DNA of 64,000 nucleotides from Candidatus Woesebacteria bacterium (GTDB lineage Bacteria; Patescibacteriota; Microgenomatia; UBA8517): NCBI GenBank assembly GCA_020060565.1, contig JAGVAE010000002.1, positions 371,270 to 435,269 of the forward strand, read 5' to 3'. Shown piece by piece: positions 59,514 to 64,000 of this stretch (position 1 is its first letter; each line of letters starts with the position of its first letter). The notes under the pieces were generated by a model. It saw only the letters and a program-made list of their open reading frames with translations, ran no database searches and was not told where the DNA came from. The position numbers and the translations under genes were made by a program.

Positions 59514-60434
59514 ATGGAAAGACCTGAAATATCAATAATACTAATCACAAACAAAAAAGACTACATTCTGGACTGTTTAAAGTCCGTATATGCCGCTTTG
59601 AAAAACATTCCCAATGAAGTAATACTCATCGATAATGTTTCTCAGGATAAAGTTGGGGAAATGTCCAAGAAGAAATATCCAGATCTGATAGTTTTGCGCC
59701 GTGAGGTTAATGGTGGGTTTGGACAGAATAACAATATGGGAATGAAGATTGCAAAGGGGAGGTATGTACTTCTTTTAAATGACGATACAAAAATAATAGA
59801 TAAAAATATTTTTAAAGACATGATTACTTGGATGGATGCTCACCCCAAGGCGGGATCGGCTACTTGCGGCTTAGTTAATCCAGACCTTAAAACATTCCAA
59901 GGGTCGGGTGGATCCTTCCCAACTCTTCTAAAAGTTTTTGCCTGGATGACATTTATAGATGATATTCCGGGACTTGATAATTTAATTAAGCCATATCACC
60001 CACTTCATGGTTGGTCACCATTTCATACAAATGAAGATTATTTTAAAAAACCACACAAACAGGATTGGTTAACTGGGGCATACTATTTAATGAGAAAAGA
60101 AGCAATGGATCAAGCAGGTTTATTTGATGAAGATTTCTTTTTATATGTTGAAGAAGTTGAACTTGCCTATCGTCTTGCCAAAAAGGGTTGGGAAGCATGG
60201 TACCTACCTAAATGGAAAACACTCCATTATGGAATGGCAACAAACGGAAGTGAAAAGGCTACAATATTTGAAATGCAGAATCTTAAACTTTTTTATAAGA
60301 AACACTTTCCTACTTGGCAAATGCCGATTTTAACATTCTTATTAAAATTTGGAATAACTCTAAGAATAATTCTTTACGGAATAATTAATCCAAGCGTGGC
60401 TAAAATCTATGCAAAAGCTTTCACAGTGGTTTAA
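59514..60434 (+). CDS. glycosyltransferase family 2
   Basis: ISIILITNKKDYIL...VILIDNVSQD...LLNDDT. Confidence 0.75.
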   Translation: MERPEISIILITNKKDYILDCLKSVYAALKNIPNEVILIDNVSQDKVGEMSKKKYPDLIVLRREVNGGFGQNNNMGMKIAKGRYVLLLNDDTKIIDKNIFKDMITWMDAHPKAGSATCGLVNPDLKTFQGSGGSFPTLLKVFAWMTFIDDIPGLDNLIKPYHPLHGWSPFHTNEDYFKKPHKQDWLTGAYYLMRKEAMDQAGLFDEDFFLYVEEVELAYRLAKKGWEAWYLPKWKTLHYGMATNGSEKATIFEMQNLKLFYKKHFPTWQMPILTFLLKFGITLRIILYGIINPSVAKIYAKAFTVV

Positions 60435-61794
60435 AGGAGCAATCCCTAAGTATTTACTAGCTGCAGTACTAATAATAGTGCCTTTGTTTCCAAAATTTCC
60501 CCTGCTTTCAATTCCTGGTACATATGTAGCTATAAGATTTGAAGATATTATTCTATTAATCCTGGGGATTGTGGTACTAATAAAAGTAATTTTCAATTTT
60601 AAAACAATTATTAAGGATAAAATTGTTATAGCTTTTATAATATTTTTTGCGGTAAATTTGATCTCACTTATGTCTGGAGTTTTTCTTACAAAAACTGTTA
60701 CGTTTCATATTGGACTTCTTAATTATGTTAGACGTATTGAATACCTGGTTCCTTTCTTTGCAATTCTGACATTATTTACAAAAGAACAAATCAAAAACAA
60801 TTTGAGTTATTTTGTAAAAATTCTAGTTTTGGTTACTGTTGTAACTTTTATTTATGGCATAGGACAAAGATATTTAAGTTTCCCAATAATAATTACCCAG
60901 AATGATACCTATTCAAAAGGGGTAGCTCTTCGCTGGACTTCTGGGAGCCATATAAGTTCAACCTTTGCGGGACATTACGACCTAGCAGCCTTTATGGTAA
61001 TGGTTTTGCCTATCTTTGTTACGCTTCTTTTAACTCTTAAAAGTTGGGGAAATAAAATTTGGCTTTTTGTAGCAACTGGAGGAGGAATTTGGCTTTTAGT
61101 TAACTCACTTTCAAGAATAGCTCAGGTATCATACTTAGTCGCAATGGGAGTAGCACTTCTTTTGGCACGCAAATTTAAAGCCTTGGTAATTGTTATGATA
61201 ATAAGTATTACATTGATTGGTCTTTCCTCAAGCCTGTATGCGCGCTTTAGTAGAGTTATAGATGTTTATTACCATAAAATTACAGCAACAAATATTTCAG
61301 ATATTAGACAAAGCTTTGTTGTTAATGCAGAAGATCAGGTATTACCTTCACTCAGGCCAGAAACAACAGTTCCAACTCCTACTCCAGTTCCAATATTTGA
61401 GGATAGATCAACTTCCATTAGATTAAAAGTTGAATGGCCGCGAGCAATTCGGGCATTAAGTAAAAATCCCCTTCTTGGTACTGGTTATTCGTCAATTGGG
61501 CTCGCAACTGATAACGATTTCTTAAGAATGCTGGGAGAGACTGGTATTTTGGGATTTGCGGCATTCTTTTTAATATTTGCAAGAATAGGTATAGTGTTTA
61601 TAAAATCAATATCTATTCGTAAAAGTTTTTCTACGCTAGAACTAGGTTTTATTATTGGAATAGCTGGAGCAATTATTGGAACGTTTGTCAGTGCTACTTT
61701 TATTGATATTTTTGAAGCGTCGAAATTTGCTACCATTTTCTGGTTATTGGTGGGTTATTCCGTGTATTTGATTAGAAGTCATTTGAATGAATAA
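60409..61794 (+). CDS. O-antigen ligase/Wzy-polymerase-like polytopic membrane protein
   Basis: About 12 TM with a large external loop near the C-terminal third; typical size. Confidence 0.5.
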   Translation: MQKLSQWFKGAIPKYLLAAVLIIVPLFPKFPLLSIPGTYVAIRFEDIILLILGIVVLIKVIFNFKTIIKDKIVIAFIIFFAVNLISLMSGVFLTKTVTFHIGLLNYVRRIEYLVPFFAILTLFTKEQIKNNLSYFVKILVLVTVVTFIYGIGQRYLSFPIIITQNDTYSKGVALRWTSGSHISSTFAGHYDLAAFMVMVLPIFVTLLLTLKSWGNKIWLFVATGGGIWLLVNSLSRIAQVSYLVAMGVALLLARKFKALVIVMIISITLIGLSSSLYARFSRVIDVYYHKITATNISDIRQSFVVNAEDQVLPSLRPETTVPTPTPVPIFEDRSTSIRLKVEWPRAIRALSKNPLLGTGYSSIGLATDNDFLRMLGETGILGFAAFFLIFARIGIVFIKSISIRKSFSTLELGFIIGIAGAIIGTFVSATFIDIFEASKFATIFWLLVGYSVYLIRSHLNE

Positions 61795-63280
61795 GCAAAT
61801 TGCCCAATTCCTAGCCACCAAGAAATTCGAGTATATATTGTTATCGTTCATAATCTTGTGTGGATTTTTGGTCAGACTGTACAAAATCGACAATCCTGTT
61901 GCTGATTGGCATAGTTGGAGGCAAGCGGATACTGCATCAGTTACCAGAAATTACATTAATTTTGGAATTAATTTACTCGTTCCTAAATTTGACGATATAA
62001 GTAGTATCCAATCCAGAATTTCCAATCCCGAAGGATTTAGAATGGTAGAATTTCCTTTTTATAACGCACTGAGCGCATTTATATCAGTTAACTTGGGCTT
62101 TTTTAGTGTTGAGGTTTGGTCACGTCTTGTTACGATTTTTTGTGCCCTTATTACCTCTTTCTTTTTATATTTGATAGGTAAAAGAATAATAGGAAAGTGG
62201 GGAGGAATACTTTCTGCTTTCTTCTACCTTTTTATTCCATTTAACATTTATTTTACGCGTGTAATTTTACCAGATCCAATGGGAGTAACCTTTGGAGTAG
62301 TAGCACTTTGGTTTTTTATAAAATTTTCCGATGATGCTGGAGAATTATATTTATATTTATCGGCGGTATTTTTTGCATTAATGCTTCTTATTAAACCCTA
62401 TCTGGGATTTTATCTTTTCCCTGTTATTTACCTTTTTATTAACAGGTTCGGTTTAAAAACAATACTTAAGGATAAAAAATTAGTTCTCAAAGTAATTATT
62501 TTTCTAGCTATTATACTCATTCCCTTTATTGTATGGAGATGGTGGGAGTCAAAGTTTCCTGCAGGCATTCCACTTTTTTGGTGGGCATTTAATGGAAATG
62601 GAATAAGGTTCCATCCTGCATTTTGGAATTGGATTTTTGGAGAAAGAATTGGGCATTTGATTTTAGGATCGTTTGGTTTAGTCCCATTTATTTTTGGAAT
62701 CCTAAACACAGAAAAGAAGACGCTTCGCGATAAAAACAACTTTATCCATTGGTTTCTGATCGGAGCCCTTTTCTATTTTATAGCTGTAGCTAACGCCAAT
62801 GTTATGCACGACTATTATCAAATTTTGGTTATTCCCATGATTGCTTTGACTCTTTCTTCGGGAAGCATATATCTTTGGAATCAGAATGTATTTAATAAAA
62901 TTATTGCTAGATCTATCTTAGTTTTCTCTGTATTTATCATGCTAATAACAGGTTGGTTTCAAGTGAAAGGAAACTATGTAGTTAACCACTGGGAGATAAT
63001 TGAGGCAGGGAAAGCAATTGATAAAATTGCCCCCAAAGACGCATTGGTAGTTGCCCCATATGTGGGAGATACGGCTTTTTTGTATCAAACAAAAAGAAAG
63101 GGCTGGCCTGCAATTGATGACTCAATAGACAACATAATCAAAAAAGGAGCTAATTATTATGTTTCAGTTGATTTGGGGAGCGTTGACACTAAAATGATAG
63201 AATCTCGGTTTAAAACAGTAGAAAAAAATGATAAATATATAATAGTTGATCTCGGTAAAGAACTAACCAAATACGAATGA
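61787..63280 (+). CDS. GT-C glycosyltransferase, ArnT/PMT-like
   Basis: DNPVADWHSWRQADTASVTRNY motif after TM1 and MLLIKPYLGFY motif. Confidence 0.55.
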   Translation: MNKQIAQFLATKKFEYILLSFIILCGFLVRLYKIDNPVADWHSWRQADTASVTRNYINFGINLLVPKFDDISSIQSRISNPEGFRMVEFPFYNALSAFISVNLGFFSVEVWSRLVTIFCALITSFFLYLIGKRIIGKWGGILSAFFYLFIPFNIYFTRVILPDPMGVTFGVVALWFFIKFSDDAGELYLYLSAVFFALMLLIKPYLGFYLFPVIYLFINRFGLKTILKDKKLVLKVIIFLAIILIPFIVWRWWESKFPAGIPLFWWAFNGNGIRFHPAFWNWIFGERIGHLILGSFGLVPFIFGILNTEKKTLRDKNNFIHWFLIGALFYFIAVANANVMHDYYQILVIPMIALTLSSGSIYLWNQNVFNKIIARSILVFSVFIMLITGWFQVKGNYVVNHWEIIEAGKAIDKIAPKDALVVAPYVGDTAFLYQTKRKGWPAIDDSIDNIIKKGANYYVSVDLGSVDTKMIESRFKTVEKNDKYIIVDLGKELTKYE

Positions 63281-64000
63281 AGATCTTAATGCTTGTTCCA
63301 TTTATTCCTAATGACCAAATGAGTGGTGGTCAAACTCGTTGGTACAATTTAATTAAACAACTTTCAAAAAAACACAAAGTAACTCTCATGACTTTGGTTA
63401 AAGATGATTGGGAAAGAAAATTTATTCCTGAACTTGAAAAATATTGTGAGAAAGTTATGGTTTTTAAACGTCCCAAGTCCCCTTGGACATTAAGAAACCT
63501 TTTCTTAACCCTAATCACTTTTAACCCCCTTGTTGTTATCCGAAATTTGTCTCTTGATGAAATGAAGGCCATAAGAAAAGAGATGTCAGAACACAAATAT
63601 GATCTAATTCATGCTGAAACCTTTTATGTTATGCCACATATTCCAAAAACAAAAACACCCATTGTTCTTGTCGAACCCACAATTGAATTTTCAGTTTATA
63701 AGCATTATGTAGATCAAGAAGTTCCTTGGTTTTTTAAACCTATTTATATGTTTGATGTAATTAAACTTCGTTTTTGGGAGAAGTATTATTGGAAAAAAGC
63801 CAATAAACTTTTTGCGGTTTCAGAAGATGATAAAAAAGTAATGCAAAAAGAAATTCCAGGAATAAAAGTTGGAGTACTTCCAAACGGTATTGATTCTGAA
63901 TACTTCAATGAGAAGAAGTTTGATAAAAGTAAAATTCCAACCATTCTATATGTAGGAAATTATAAATGGATGCAAAATATTGAGGCAGTTAATATTCTAA
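63277..64000 (+). CDS. glycosyltransferase family 4 (GT-B), 5'-partial; runs off the window
   Basis: MKILMLVPFIPNDQMSGGQTRWYNL... GT-B N-terminal domain; ATGA overlap with the upstream gene. Confidence 0.6.
   Translation, partial: MKILMLVPFIPNDQMSGGQTRWYNLIKQLSKKHKVTLMTLVKDDWERKFIPELEKYCEKVMVFKRPKSPWTLRNLFLTLITFNPLVVIRNLSLDEMKAIRKEMSEHKYDLIHAETFYVMPHIPKTKTPIVLVEPTIEFSVYKHYVDQEVPWFFKPIYMFDVIKLRFWEKYYWKKANKLFAVSEDDKKVMQKEIPGIKVGVLPNGIDSEYFNEKKFDKSKIPTILYVGNYKWMQNIEAVNIL

Noticed and set aside
1-64000. Alternative genetic code (UGA recoding, as in some CPR lineages)
   Set aside because: Many well-supported genes terminate at TGA, often in ATGA start/stop overlaps, and yield full-length products with family motifs. 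The standard code 11 fits.
1-64000. CRISPR arrays, tRNA/rRNA genes, prophage or IS elements
   Set aside because: No direct-repeat/spacer arrays, no tRNA-like cloverleaf candidates in the few intergenic gaps (all under 90 bp), and no recombinase or transposase-like ORFs were found.

Overview
This is a 64 kb, visibly AT-rich bacterial window (roughly 30% GC by eye) read with the standard genetic code. Many genes end in TGA, often with ATGA start/stop overlaps. Almost the whole window is one densely packed, mostly plus-strand locus for cell-surface glycan synthesis and glycosylation. No rRNA, tRNA, CRISPR array, transposase or integrase was recognised. Gene content and compactness resemble Patescibacteria/CPR-type genomes; that attribution is an inference.

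Recognised content:
- Glycosyltransferases: at least six GT2, four GT4 (one running off the 3' end), three other GT-A-like proteins, and an unusually large set (about 10) of polytopic GT-C-type membrane proteins resembling ArnT/PMT.
- Export and ligation: an ABC-2 exporter (Wzm/Wzt) whose Wzt carries a C-terminal extension; a Wzx-like flippase; a Wzy/WaaL-like protein.
- Sugar modification: nine SAM-dependent methyltransferases (four class I, four FkbM-type, one C-methyltransferase with a zinc ribbon); three left-handed-beta-helix acetyltransferases; one membrane acyltransferase-3.
- Nucleotide-sugar block: PseB/CapD-like 4,6-dehydratase, a Gmd/Rmd-like SDR, a short SDR, two tandem aldo/keto reductases, a TIM-barrel isomerase-like protein, and a fusion of an SpsF-type cytidylyltransferase with a class-III aminotransferase.

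Features not explained by ordinary gene content:
1. A tandemly duplicated two-gene membrane module at 11640..16073.
2. A second membrane paralog pair (47746..48996 and 51828..53078) duplicated together with its downstream promoter-like spacer.
3. A 5' fragment of the cytidylyltransferase gene left between the two AKR copies.
4. An antisense Fic/Doc-family gene inside the locus. Its catalytic His is replaced by Gln (QPFMDGNKR), and it is preceded by a 19-bp perfect palindrome plus a third half-site 22 bp away.
5. Homopolymeric G8, G7 and C7 tracts inside three glycosylation genes, which are candidate phase-variation switches.
6. Recurrent TAnAAT -10-like hexamers placed 3-7 nt upstream of start codons, suggesting leaderless or near-leaderless mRNAs.

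No phosphoglycosyl-transferase initiator (WecA/WbaP type) was recognised in the window.
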